Shown: positions 30,033-39,975, counted from the stretch's first letter. The stretch: DNA of 64,000 nucleotides from an uncultured Acidimicrobiaceae bacterium (GCA_963716515.1 OY970319.1:2013290-2077289), one strand, 5' to 3'. Notes: generated by a model not told the origin, from the sequence alone. Made by a program: numbers and translations.

Positions 30033-30602
30033 CTAGGCCTCGCCGGTGAAGGTGTAAATCGCGTCGAGGTTGCGGTAGCGCTCGTTCACGTCGAGGCCGT
30101 AGCCCACGACGAAGTCCGATGGGATCGTGAAGCCGACGTACTTCAACGACTGTTCGACGCGCTGCTCGCCCTCTTTCAAGAGCAGAGCGCAGACCTCCAG
30201 ACTGCGGGGATTGCGCGCGCCCAGGTACTGACGCAGGTAATTGAGCGTGAGTCCCGAATCAACTACGTCTTCGACGATCAGAACCTCGCGATCGAGCAGG
30301 TCGACGTCGAGGTCCTTCACGATGCGCACGACGCCGCTGGTCTTGGTCGCCGCCCCGTAGGACGAGACGGCCATGAAATCGACCTCGACCGGCAGTTCGA
30401 TGGCGCGCATGAGATCGGACATGAAATTGATCGCGCCCTTCAAGACGCCCACCAGCAGCGGCGGACTCTCGGCGTAGTCACTGGTGATCTGGCGACCCAG
30501 TTCGAGCACCCGGTCGTGCACCTCTTTGGCCGAGACGACGACCTCGCCGAGGTCGTGTTGCGCCCATCGAGCGGTGAAATCGTCAGAAGAATAGCTACCC
30601 AT
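30033..30602 (-). CDS. hpt: Hypoxanthine phosphoribosyltransferase
   Basis: VGVLKGA, SSYG, LIVEDVVDSGLTL, FVVGYGLD. Confidence 0.97.
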   Translation of the reverse strand: MGSYSSDDFTARWAQHDLGEVVVSAKEVHDRVLELGRQITSDYAESPPLLVGVLKGAINFMSDLMRAIELPVEVDFMAVSSYGAATKTSGVVRIVKDLDVDLLDREVLIVEDVVDSGLTLNYLRQYLGARNPRSLEVCALLLKEGEQRVEQSLKYVGFTIPSDFVVGYGLDVNERYRNLDAIYTFTGEA

Positions 30603-30626
30603 GAATGGCCAGCGTACCTGTTGTCC

Positions 30627-31508
30627 TTACTGCAACGACAGGTGTTGGCCTCGTCGAGACAGTCGGCGCCCCCCGCTCAACTCCGTGGCGACCACGTCGC
30701 CCGTCACGACGTCGATGGCCCGTTCGACTTCGTCGGCGCTCGGTGGATGGCTTCCGTCACCTCGATCGGGTGCGCGAAGTCGGGCCCGCAACCATCGTCG
30801 AAGACGAGCGCGCGGCCACGTGCGCAGCACCCGACAGTCGCCCTCTTCGAGCGTTACCGCCTCATCGTCCCGGGCGAGTTCGTCCAGCCAGGTTCGTTCG
30901 TCAAACAAGAGACCGGCCTGACGGGCCAGGATCGGAACGACGTCGCGATCCGCGACGTCGTCGAGCATCGCCATCACTTCGTGACGGACTCGATTTCGTC
31001 GAAAGGCCGGGCTTTCGTTGGTCTCGTCGTGGAGTGCGACGTAGGGTGACTCGGCGACGAAATCGTGTAGTTCCCGTCTTCGCAGGTCGCGAAGCGGTTT
31101 GGTGGGGTCGTTCACCATCGGCGACAGACCATCGAGTCCGGCGCCGCGCAGCATATTGAGCAGTACCGTTTCGGCGAGGTCGTCCATCGTGTGACCGGTG
31201 AGGACTCCGGAGGGCATGGCGCCGCGCCGAGCCGAACGGGCGCGGGCCTCAAAGTTTCCGCCCGGTTCCACGATGACGTCGTGGCGAACGAATGCGACGT
31301 TCAGTTTCTGGCAGATTTCCTCCACGTAATCGCCGTCCGCGCCGCTGGTCGCCCGGGCGTGGTGGTCAACGTGGTGCACGGAGATGACCAGTTCGGCCTC
31401 GAGAGCGAGGAGGAGGAGCCCGAGGGAGTCGGGTCCTCCGGAGACCGCGAGATCGACCGAGGATCCCGCTTCACCAAAGTGGCACCGCGCCAAAAGTCCG
31501 GAAGTCAT
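30627..31508 (-). CDS. tilS: tRNA(Ile)-lysidine synthetase
   Basis: AVSGGPDSLGL, HVDH, EARARSARR, TGHTMDDLAETVL, DETN...RRNRVR; TAACCT -10 lies 7 nt before ATG 31508. Confidence 0.93.
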   Translation of the reverse strand: MTSGLLARCHFGEAGSSVDLAVSGGPDSLGLLLLALEAELVISVHHVDHHARATSGADGDYVEEICQKLNVAFVRHDVIVEPGGNFEARARSARRGAMPSGVLTGHTMDDLAETVLLNMLRGAGLDGLSPMVNDPTKPLRDLRRRELHDFVAESPYVALHDETNESPAFRRNRVRHEVMAMLDDVADRDVVPILARQAGLLFDERTWLDELARDDEAVTLEEGDCRVLRTWPRARLRRWLRARLRAPDRGDGSHPPSADEVERAIDVVTGDVVATELSGGRRLSRRGQHLSLQ

Positions 31509-31761
31509 TTTCAAGAGGTTAGGCACGTCCTTGAGGGACGTACACTCCGAGCCCGACGCCGGCCCCGGAGTCCGGGAACGAGTGCACCACGGCGATGCCG
31601 TGGTGCACAGCGACGAGTCGGTACTGCGGCCATAGGCTTTCCACGGTGAGCCCCTCGCGAAACATCAACCGTCAACGCCACGACGCAGGACCTATTAATC
31701 AGTGGCGTTTCACCTGGCACGCCTGCGGGGCTACCGACAGTTCGAACGGAATCCGCGAAGC

Positions 31762-32529
31762 GTGCCCGTCGAACTAACCCTCTCGGAGAAAGCCCACGGA
31801 GAGCTCAGCGTCTACCCGGTGGAGTTCGCGCGCCACTTCGGCGTCCGAGCGTTCGTCACCGGCCTGTTCGGCGGCGTGAGTCCCGCCCCGTACGAATCGC
31901 TGAATCTGGGCGACCACGTCGACGATGATCCGACGAACGTTGCGGAAAACCGGCGTCGCGTCGCCGAGGCGATCGGCGTCGACGTTGGTCGCCTCGTCAT
32001 CATCAACCAGGTCCACGGGCGCGACGTGGTGAACGCCAATGAAGCGACCGCCGACAGTGCCGGAGACGTCATCATCGACTACGGCGACGGCTTCGCGGTG
32101 GCGGTGTTGGTCGCCGACTGCCTGCCCGTTCTCTTGGTCGACGAGGACTCGCCGACCCTCGCGGTCGTCCACGCCGGATGGCGGGGGCTCCAGAACAACG
32201 TGCTCGAGAACGCGCTGGAGAACTTCGAACATCACGACGCGGTGCACGCGTTCCTAGGACCGTGCATCTCCGCCGCGTCCTATCAAGTCGGCCCGGAAGT
32301 GGCCGAACATTTCACGACGGTTCCCGGGGCGGTGACGCCCGATACCGGCGATCGCTCGCGGCTCGACCTGCGCCGCGTGGCCGTCGCCCAGCTCCTCGCG
32401 CTCAAGGTCACCGACCACCACATCACGGTGGCCAGCCAATCGACCGACGGGGGCGAGACCTTCTTCAGTGACCGGGCGGCGCGCCCGTGTGGTCGATTCG
32501 CACTGGTCGCGCGACGGGTCGTCGCGTGA
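31762..32529 (+). CDS. pgeF: PgeF/YfiH-family purine nucleoside phosphorylase-like protein (peptidoglycan editing factor)
   Basis: SLNLGDHVDDD..V.ENR, NQVHG, VADCLPV, HAGWRG, LGPCIS...Y.VG, FFSDR; start uncertain (31702 or 31762). Confidence 0.9.
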   Translation: MPVELTLSEKAHGELSVYPVEFARHFGVRAFVTGLFGGVSPAPYESLNLGDHVDDDPTNVAENRRRVAEAIGVDVGRLVIINQVHGRDVVNANEATADSAGDVIIDYGDGFAVAVLVADCLPVLLVDEDSPTLAVVHAGWRGLQNNVLENALENFEHHDAVHAFLGPCISAASYQVGPEVAEHFTTVPGAVTPDTGDRSRLDLRRVAVAQLLALKVTDHHITVASQSTDGGETFFSDRAARPCGRFALVARRVVA

Positions 32530-33812
32530 AAGACCGCGCCGAACTCTTCAGCTACGTCGACCTCGACGTCTCGGCGGACACGCTGACGGGGACCTACGAC
32601 CTCGACGGTCGGACCTTCGTCGAAACCGTCACCTTCGAAGGGGTGAAGTCCCTCGAAGCGCCGGCCGTGGTCGCGCTGGCCCAGCTCTGGTATCTGGTCG
32701 CCGGGCTTTCGTACTACAAGGCCGGCGCGGCGCGGCGCATCGACGTGGGCACGACGCCCCTCGGAACCCAGGGCCGCCGACTCCTCAAGGCCGCGCTCTC
32801 CGACGGGCTGGGCGAGTTCGCCTATCGCAATCAGATTCCACTCAGTGACGTCACGATCGAAGGGCGAACCGGCATCGAGCCGTTCGAGCCGTTCGTCGAC
32901 CCCAGTCGCGTTCTCACGCCCTTCGGGGGCGGCATCGACTCGGTGGTGACGACCGAGCGGTTGCGCGGGGCCGTCGATCAGACGCTGTTCGTGGTCAGTC
33001 CCTCGACGGGCCGTTTCGCCCCGCTCGAGGAGACCGCCGCCGTCACCGGGCTCGAGATCGTGCGGGCGTCGCGAACGCTCGACCCCCAAATCGTGCGCGG
33101 CGACGAATCCTTCTTCAACGGTCACGTGCCGGTCACGGCGATGGTGACCTTGTTGGCCGCGGTGGCGGCCGTCGCCTCGGGGCGCGGCGGCGTCGCGCTC
33201 AGCAACGAATATTCGTCGTCGGCCGCGAACTTGCGCTGGTACAACTCGGATATCAACCACCAGTGGAGCAAGTCCTGGCACGCGGAGAATCTGATAGGTC
33301 ACGCGATCGCCGAACGCGTCGGCGACGAACTGGTGGTGGCCAGCTTTTTGCGCGACCGCAGTGAACTGTGGGTCGCCCAAGTGTTCAGCGAACTCGAGCA
33401 GTACCATCACGTCTTTCGGAGCTGCAATCGGGCCTTCGCTCAAGTCCCGGGTCAACGCTCGCCCCAGTGGTGCGGCGAATGCGACAAGTGCCTCTTCGTC
33501 AACCTGGTGTTGGCGCCGTTCATGTCCCGGCCGGCCCTGCGCGCCATCTTCTCGAGCGAACCGTTGAGCGATCCGGCGCGCGACGCACAACTTCGCACCC
33601 TCGTCGGACTGGGGGCCGAACACAAACCCTTCGAGTGCGTGGGCGACCCCGATGAGAGCGCCGTCGCGCTGACCGAAGTGAGCCACCACGAGGAATGGAG
33701 CGACGTGACCGCCCTGGTCGTACTGGCGCACGAGTTACACACCGAGCGAGAACTCTCCGACCTGCTCGAACCCCAAGGAACCAGCCGTGTCCCGGCTCAC
33801 TGGCTTCGCTGA
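32526..33812 (+). CDS. murL: UDP-MurNAc-L-Ala-L-Glu epimerase
   Basis: GLSYYKA, GLGEFAYRN, PFGGGIDS, NGHVPVTA, SNEYS, NHQWSKS, FRSCNRAF, WCGECDKC, KPFECVG; directly followed by a MurD paralog. Confidence 0.85.
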   Translation: MKDRAELFSYVDLDVSADTLTGTYDLDGRTFVETVTFEGVKSLEAPAVVALAQLWYLVAGLSYYKAGAARRIDVGTTPLGTQGRRLLKAALSDGLGEFAYRNQIPLSDVTIEGRTGIEPFEPFVDPSRVLTPFGGGIDSVVTTERLRGAVDQTLFVVSPSTGRFAPLEETAAVTGLEIVRASRTLDPQIVRGDESFFNGHVPVTAMVTLLAAVAAVASGRGGVALSNEYSSSAANLRWYNSDINHQWSKSWHAENLIGHAIAERVGDELVVASFLRDRSELWVAQVFSELEQYHHVFRSCNRAFAQVPGQRSPQWCGECDKCLFVNLVLAPFMSRPALRAIFSSEPLSDPARDAQLRTLVGLGAEHKPFECVGDPDESAVALTEVSHHEEWSDVTALVVLAHELHTERELSDLLEPQGTSRVPAHWLR

Positions 33813-35097
33813 CCTCGCCGGCAAACGCGTCGGTATCTTCGGCTACGGCGTCGAGGGGCGCGCGACCCAGCGACGGTTGGCGCACCTGGCCCAGACCATC
33901 GTGCTCGTCGACGACGCGTCGGACGTCGGCCCGAGCGTGATCGCGTCGCACGACGGCGGTCACGAGGCGCTACTCACCTGCGACGTCGTCTTGAAGAGCC
34001 CCGGAATACCGCGCCGTCGCGCCGACGTCCTGGACCTGGAAGAGCACGGCGTCACCGTCACGTCAGCGCTCAACCTCTGGCTTCACGACGTCGATCGAAC
34101 GAGAGTGATGGCGATCACCGGGACGAAGGGAAAGTCGACGACGACCGCCCTCGCGACCTTCTTCTTCCATTGTCTAGGCGAGCCGGCGTTGGGTCTGGGA
34201 AACTTCGGTCAACCGCCCTACGACCCCGACGTCGACGTCGCACACGGATGGCTGGTCCTCGAAGTCTCGAGCTTTCAGTGCGCCGATATCGACGTTGCCC
34301 CCAGCCTCGTCATCGTGACCTCACTCGGGGCGGATCATCTCGACTGGCACGGCACGCTCGAGAACTATCGACGCGACAAACTGTCACTCACGCGAGCAAA
34401 CGGGGAGCATTACACCCTGGTACCCGATACCACCACGTTCCGCCAGCTGGCCGGCGAGCTCGGCGGCGACGTGTCGTTCATCGCCCCCGACGAGACGCAA
34501 CTGGCCGCCGCCCTGGGACTCCTAGGGGCGCACAGCGATTCCAATGTCGCCCTCGCTCTTCACGGCGTCGCACTCCTCACTCGCCGAAGTGTCGACGACG
34601 TGCGAGCACGGGTTCTCGACTCGGCCTCCGCGTTCGAACCACTTCGCGGTCGACTCACGTTGGTGGCCAGCGAGGACGTTGACGGCGTGACTCGTCATTA
34701 CGTCGACGACGGACTGGCGACGTCGGCCCTTCCGGTGGTTGCCGCCCTCGAGGTCTTCGGCCATGATTCGGTCGCCCTCATCGCGGGCGGCTACGACCGG
34801 GGTGTTGACTACAGCCCTCTGGCTGAAGCAATCGCGATGCGACTCGCGTCGACGGTCCTCATCACCTTGGGCGAGGCCGGTCGACGAATTGGTGTCGAGG
34901 TGACACGCCTGTCGCCCGGGTTGCGACAGATTCCGGTGTCCACAATGCGCGAAGCGGTTTCTGAGGCTCACCGGTCGCTCAGCGATGGTGGCGTCATCCT
35001 GCTCTCCCCCGGTGCCCCGAGCTTCGATCAGTACCAAAACTGGGAGGAGCGATCAGAGGACTTCACGACGATCGTCCACGAAATGATTGGAAAGTAG
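33787..35097 (+). CDS. murD2: MurD-family ligase, MurD2 (L-Glu-adding) type
   Basis: LKSPGI, ITGTKGKSTT, LEVSSFQ, DHLDWHG, LIAGGYDRG, LLSPGAPSFDQY..WEER; the MurD2 assignment rests on adjacency to murL. Confidence 0.85.
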   Translation: MSRLTGFADLAGKRVGIFGYGVEGRATQRRLAHLAQTIVLVDDASDVGPSVIASHDGGHEALLTCDVVLKSPGIPRRRADVLDLEEHGVTVTSALNLWLHDVDRTRVMAITGTKGKSTTTALATFFFHCLGEPALGLGNFGQPPYDPDVDVAHGWLVLEVSSFQCADIDVAPSLVIVTSLGADHLDWHGTLENYRRDKLSLTRANGEHYTLVPDTTTFRQLAGELGGDVSFIAPDETQLAAALGLLGAHSDSNVALALHGVALLTRRSVDDVRARVLDSASAFEPLRGRLTLVASEDVDGVTRHYVDDGLATSALPVVAALEVFGHDSVALIAGGYDRGVDYSPLAEAIAMRLASTVLITLGEAGRRIGVEVTRLSPGLRQIPVSTMREAVSEAHRSLSDGGVILLSPGAPSFDQYQNWEERSEDFTTIVHEMIGK

Positions 35098-35130
35098 CGA
35101 GTTTCAGCGGGTCAACATAGCCGAAGGGTG

Positions 35131-35196
35131 TCAAGGATCAGCGGTTGTCGTGTAAAGGATCAGGTGTTGTTGCGTCCAGTATCAGGTGATGTTGAA
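35131..35196. repeat. Three imperfect 22-bp direct repeats just beyond the tRNA-Thr(CGT) 3' end
   Basis: TCAAGGATCAGCGGTTGTCGTG / TAAAGGATCAGGTGTTGTTGCG / TCCAGTATCAGGTGATGTTGAA; 17/22 and 16/22 identity between neighbours. Confidence 0.65.
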
Positions 35197-35231
35197 ATGT
35201 CGATCTTCAACCGTTGCAATACATCTCGGGG

Positions 35232-35304
<73 letters not shown>

Positions 35305-35354
35305 GCAAGCAGCAACCTTACTTGATGGGTCTCTGCGGGCGACCTCGACGGCCC

Positions 35355-36443
35355 CTAGAACTCCATCAACGAGAGCATGAGATCGTTCAACAACAGTGTC
35401 TCGTCGACGTTCGACGAGAGGCGACGCGACGCCTCCGACACGACGCCGATCGCTCGGATCGAGGCACCGACGCGGTACTGATCACGCGCCTCACCGAGCT
35501 CGCTCCCCTCCAGACTCTCGACCATGCGATCGCGATACACGTTGGTGAGGGCGGTGAGGCCGAAGCGCAGTTCGTCGATGCGAAACCGTCGCTGCTCCCG
35601 CTTGAACTGCGCTTCGATGTCGCGTCGATTCGAGACCGACCGCTGGCCCATCTGCCGCGACTCTTGAAGGCGCTGCTCCATCTCCTCGTCCTGGATCAGT
35701 TGCAGGGGCGCCACGGCGTCTTCCAGGGCGCGCGCGATCTCGCTGGCCAGCGCGGCCGACGTGGCGGGTGTCCCGTTGAGTCGATCGGGAACGGAACGCC
35801 ACTGCGCAATGCGTTGAGCCAGTTCGTCGTCGTGTCCTAGTATCCGCGCGCGCCGGAGATTGCCGTTGGCCGCGCTCGCCGCGGCTCGAGCGGCGAGCGC
35901 CGTCGCGCCCTCTCGAATCAGCACCTCCGCGATGGCCTCCTCGCTCAGGCCCTTCAGTTTCAACTCCACGCATCGAGAGGCAATCGTGTCCATGGCCGGG
36001 GGCACGTCTTCGGCGGTTAGGAGAAATATCGTGCGGGTGGGCGTCTCTTCCAACGATTTCAACAGGGCCGGCGCGCTCGGGGAGGCGCCCGTCGTCGTCA
36101 ACTCCACGTCGTCGATGATCACGATCTGATAGCCCGAGCCCAGGGGGCGTCGTCGACTGACGCGGTCCGCTTCACGCAGTTCGTCAATGCGCCACGACAG
36201 TCCCGCGCGCTCCGCGACGTAGACGTCGGCGTCACCCTCGCTCAAGACCAATCGACAGGTATCGCAGTGACCGCAGCCGTTCTCGGGACACTGCAACGCG
36301 GCCGCGAACGCGAGTGCGGTGTCGTGCAGACTCGACCCCACCGGTCCGCTGATCAAATAGGCGTGGACCGGCGACTTGACGTACTGGCGCATCGCGGCCA
36401 CCGCCGAATCCTGTCCCACCAGGGCGTCGAAGACGTCAGTCAT
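35355..36443 (-). CDS. holB: DNA polymerase III subunit delta'
   Basis: LVGQ, HAYL.SGP, C4 Zn motif CPENGCGHCDTC, ALLKSLEE, TIASRC; downstream of tmk. Confidence 0.88.
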   Translation of the reverse strand: MTDVFDALVGQDSAVAAMRQYVKSPVHAYLISGPVGSSLHDTALAFAAALQCPENGCGHCDTCRLVLSEGDADVYVAERAGLSWRIDELREADRVSRRRPLGSGYQIVIIDDVELTTTGASPSAPALLKSLEETPTRTIFLLTAEDVPPAMDTIASRCVELKLKGLSEEAIAEVLIREGATALAARAAASAANGNLRRARILGHDDELAQRIAQWRSVPDRLNGTPATSAALASEIARALEDAVAPLQLIQDEEMEQRLQESRQMGQRSVSNRRDIEAQFKREQRRFRIDELRFGLTALTNVYRDRMVESLEGSELGEARDQYRVGASIRAIGVVSEASRRLSSNVDETLLLNDLMLSLMEF

Positions 36444-36444
36444 C

Positions 36445-37050
36445 TCACCATGGTAAAGAGGCGAGTCGTTGGTCGACCATGTCGGCGACCTCCGCTTCGC
36501 TGCGCGAACCGTCGATCACGCACCACAGATCGCCCCACTTGGCCGCGATGGCGAGATAGCCCTCGCGCACTCGCTGGTGGAAGTCCAGGTCGGCCGATTC
36601 GAAGCGGTCTCGGACGTCCGGCGTGCGCCGTTCGTTCGCGACGTCGAGCGGCGTGTCGATCAGGACGGTCAAGTCCGGGCGACAGTCGCCGATGGCCAGT
36701 TCGGTCGCCGCTTCGAGCCTCGCGAGATCGACGCCGCGACCGTAGCCCTGGTAGGCCAAGGTCGAGGCGAAGAAGCGGTCACTGACGACCGAGCGGCCAG
36801 CGGCCAGTGCCGGCTCGATGACCGTGCGCACGTGATGCGACCGGTCGGCCAGCATCAACAGCGCCTCGGTGATCGGCGTCATGGGCGTCGCGGCGTCGAG
36901 AACCCAGCGTCGAAGATCGACGCCGAGCGGCGTGTCGCCCGGTTCGAACGTGAAGTGCGCGTCACGCAGTTCCGCGACGCGACGGGCCTGGGTGCTCTTG
37001 CCGCTCGCGTCGATCCCTTCGAAGACCACGAAGAGGCCGCGGCGCATCAC
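36445..37050 (-). CDS. tmk: Thymidylate kinase
   Basis: FEGIDASGKSTQ, EPG, ADR..H, SDRF..STLAYQG.GRG, RFE. Confidence 0.97.
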   Translation of the reverse strand: MMRRGLFVVFEGIDASGKSTQARRVAELRDAHFTFEPGDTPLGVDLRRWVLDAATPMTPITEALLMLADRSHHVRTVIEPALAAGRSVVSDRFFASTLAYQGYGRGVDLARLEAATELAIGDCRPDLTVLIDTPLDVANERRTPDVRDRFESADLDFHQRVREGYLAIAAKWGDLWCVIDGSRSEAEVADMVDQRLASLPW

Positions 37051-39812
37051 TCCTCCGGGTGCGTCGCCGCGATCAGGGCGGCGTTGGACTTCGCGCCCTG
37101 GGCCACCGCCGCGCGCTTGGCCGTGCCGGTGGCTTTCTTCGCCGGCGACTTCTTGGTCGTCTTGTTGGCGGGCTTCTTGGTGGCCTTCTTCGTCGGACGG
37201 GCGGCCTTTCGCGGACGGGTCGACGGTTCGGCGTTACGTCGTTCGGCGAGCAACTCACAGGCGCGATCGAGCGAGATGGTCTCGGGCGTGTCGCCCAGTC
37301 GCAGCGTGGCGTTCGTCTCGCCGTCGGTGACGTAGAGACCGAAGCGGCCGGTGCGCACGACGACGTGGCGTTTGGTGACCGGGTCCTCGCCGAGATCCTT
37401 CAATGGTCCGGCCGCCGCGCGCCGTCCGCGCTGCTTCGGCTGGGCCAGCAAGGCGAGCGCCCCGGCCAGGTCGATGGTGAAGATCTGTTCCTCGTCCTCG
37501 AGCGAACGGGTCTCCTTGCCCCAGGTGATGTAGGGGCCGTAGCGGCCGTTTTGGGCGATGATCGCCTCGCCCTCGGGGTGCTCGCCGACCACGCGCGGCA
37601 GCGACAGCAGCTTCTTGGCGTCGGCCAGCGTGACCGACTCGGGCGACATGGTGGTGAGCAGCGAGGCGGTCTTGGGCTTCTCCTTCGGGTCGGTCAACTC
37701 GCCGACCTGAACGTAGGGGCCGTAGCGACCGGCCTTCAAGAAGATCGGCTGACCGGTCTCCTCGTCGAGCCCGAGTTCACGGTCGTTGCTCGGCGCCGAG
37801 AGGAGTTCCAGCGCCTTCGCCACACTGAGTGAGTCGGGCTCGGTCGCTTCGGGAATAGAGACGCGCTCGTCGCCGTGCACCAGGTAGGGGCCGTAACGAC
37901 CGGAGCGCACGCTGACCGCGACACCGTCGTCGGCCACGCCGAGCGGTATCGAGTTGATGGCGGCGAAATCGAACTCGTGCGGTTCGTGGGTCATGTGCTC
38001 GAGCCCGAGCTTGGCCAACTCGGTGGTGGCCGCGGGATTGCCGAAGTAGAACTTCTGCAACCACGGCTCGAGGTCCTGGTTGCCCTGGGCGATCTCGTCG
38101 AGTTCGTCCTCCATCGCGGCCGTGAACTGATAGTCAACGAGGTCGGCGAAGTACTGCTGAAGCAGATTGACGACGGCGAAGGCACGAAAGGCCGGCACCA
38201 GGGACTTGCCCTTCTTCCAGACGTAGCCGCGACGATCGATCGTCTTCATGACCGACGCGTAGGTCGAGGGTCGTCCAATGCCGAGGTCCTCAAGTTTCTT
38301 GATCAAGGTCGCTTCGGAGTAGCGGTCCGGCGGCTGGGTGTCGTGGCCCTTGGCCTCGGCGCTGGTGACGGGCACGACCTCGCCCTCGGCGAGCGACGGC
38401 AGGATGCGCTCCTGGTCGGCCAGTTCGGCTTCGGGGTCGTCGGTTCCTTCCACGTAGGCCCGTCGAAACCCGGGAAACTCAATGCGCAGCCCCGTCGCGC
38501 TGAGTCCGACGTTCACCGCAGCGTCGAAACCGGTGACGTCGCGCAGGGTCGATTCCAGACGAACCTTGTCCTGGGTTAGCCGGGCGTCGACCATCTGGGA
38601 GGCCAGGGTGCGCTTCCACACCAGGTCGTAGACGGCCAGCTCGTCGCCCCCGAGTTGGGACTGGGCCTCTTCGAGGGAGCGGAACGACTCGCCGGCCGGT
38701 CGGATCGCCTCGTGCGCCTCTTGCGCGTTCTTCACCTTGCGGTCGTAGCGGCGCGGGGCGTCGGCGACGTAGTCGTCGCCGAACATCGACGCCGCCGTCG
38801 CGCGCGCCGCGTGAATCGCCTCGTCCGACAGCGTCGTGGAGTCGGTGCGCATGTAGGTGATCCAACCCTGTTCGTAGAGTCGCTGGGCCGCGCGCATCGT
38901 TCGTTCCGGGTCGAAACGCAGTTTGCGGCTGGCCTCGATCTGCAGCGACGACGTCATGAACGGGGGCTGGGGGCGCTGCGTGCGAGGGGTCGAGGCCACC
39001 GAGGTCACGGTTACCGTGGCCCCGGGCAACGCCTCGGCGATGGACGTCGCCGAGGCCTGGCTCAGGACCCGGACGTTGGCCTTGGCGTCGAGCACGCCGC
39101 CGGCGTCGAAGTTCTTGCCCGTCGCCAGTGACGAGCCGTCGACCGACTCGAGCGTGGCGTCGAAGGCGTTCCCCCGGGCGTCCAGGTTCGCCGTGACGTC
39201 AAACCAGGTCGCCGAGGTGAAGTCCATTCGCTCGCGTTCGCGTTCGCACACCAGTCGAATCGCCACCGACTGGACCCGGCCGGCCGAACGGGCCTTGTCG
39301 ACCGCGCGCCACAAGACCGGCGACACCTCGTAACCCACCAGGCGGTCGAGGAAGCGGCGGCCCTCCTGGGCGTCGACCAGTCGCAGGTCGAGGTCCCGTG
39401 TCTCACTGACCGCCTTGGCGATCGCCGCGGGCGTGATCTCGTGAAAGACCATGCGCTTCACCGGCACCTTGGGATTGAGCACCTCTTGGAGGTGCCAGGC
39501 GATCGCCTCGCCCTCGCGGTCTTCGTCGGTCGCCAGGTAGAGCTCGTCGACCTGTTTCAAGGCGGCCTTGAGTTCAGCGACGATCTTCTTGCGGTCGCTG
39601 GAGACGACGTAGACCGGCTTGAAATGGTCGTGCACGTTGATGCCGAGGCGGGCCCACTTCTCCCCCTTCACCGACGCCGGGATGTCCGCGGCGCTCTGCG
39701 GGAGGTCCCGAATGTGACCGATCGAAGGCTTGACGATGTAGTCGGGACCGAGCATGTCCTGGATACGCGTCGCTTTCGCGATCGATTCGACGATGACGAG
39801 AGCTCGGGCCAT
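37047..39812 (-). CDS. topA: DNA topoisomerase I with Topo_C repeats and Lys-rich tail
   Basis: LVIVES..KA, ATDEDREGE, SAGRVQS, ITYMRTDS, AHEAIRP, three GRYGPY-type repeats, basic C-terminus. Confidence 0.98.
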   Translation of the reverse strand: MARALVIVESIAKATRIQDMLGPDYIVKPSIGHIRDLPQSAADIPASVKGEKWARLGINVHDHFKPVYVVSSDRKKIVAELKAALKQVDELYLATDEDREGEAIAWHLQEVLNPKVPVKRMVFHEITPAAIAKAVSETRDLDLRLVDAQEGRRFLDRLVGYEVSPVLWRAVDKARSAGRVQSVAIRLVCERERERMDFTSATWFDVTANLDARGNAFDATLESVDGSSLATGKNFDAGGVLDAKANVRVLSQASATSIAEALPGATVTVTSVASTPRTQRPQPPFMTSSLQIEASRKLRFDPERTMRAAQRLYEQGWITYMRTDSTTLSDEAIHAARATAASMFGDDYVADAPRRYDRKVKNAQEAHEAIRPAGESFRSLEEAQSQLGGDELAVYDLVWKRTLASQMVDARLTQDKVRLESTLRDVTGFDAAVNVGLSATGLRIEFPGFRRAYVEGTDDPEAELADQERILPSLAEGEVVPVTSAEAKGHDTQPPDRYSEATLIKKLEDLGIGRPSTYASVMKTIDRRGYVWKKGKSLVPAFRAFAVVNLLQQYFADLVDYQFTAAMEDELDEIAQGNQDLEPWLQKFYFGNPAATTELAKLGLEHMTHEPHEFDFAAINSIPLGVADDGVAVSVRSGRYGPYLVHGDERVSIPEATEPDSLSVAKALELLSAPSNDRELGLDEETGQPIFLKAGRYGPYVQVGELTDPKEKPKTASLLTTMSPESVTLADAKKLLSLPRVVGEHPEGEAIIAQNGRYGPYITWGKETRSLEDEEQIFTIDLAGALALLAQPKQRGRRAAAGPLKDLGEDPVTKRHVVVRTGRFGLYVTDGETNATLRLGDTPETISLDRACELLAERRNAEPSTRPRKAARPTKKATKKPANKTTKKSPAKKATGTAKRAAVAQGAKSNAALIAATHPEE

Positions 39813-39975
39813 GCTCCTCCTTCCCTACGATGACGCGGCGGCGTGCTCGCCACCACTCCTTGCGCTTTACAAGATAGACAGGTCTTCGACCCTACCGGCG
39901 TCATGCTCGACGTCCGCGACCCATCGGTCGCGCGATTCACTGGGCGCGCACTGGCGATTCGTTCTCCAACGTTTC

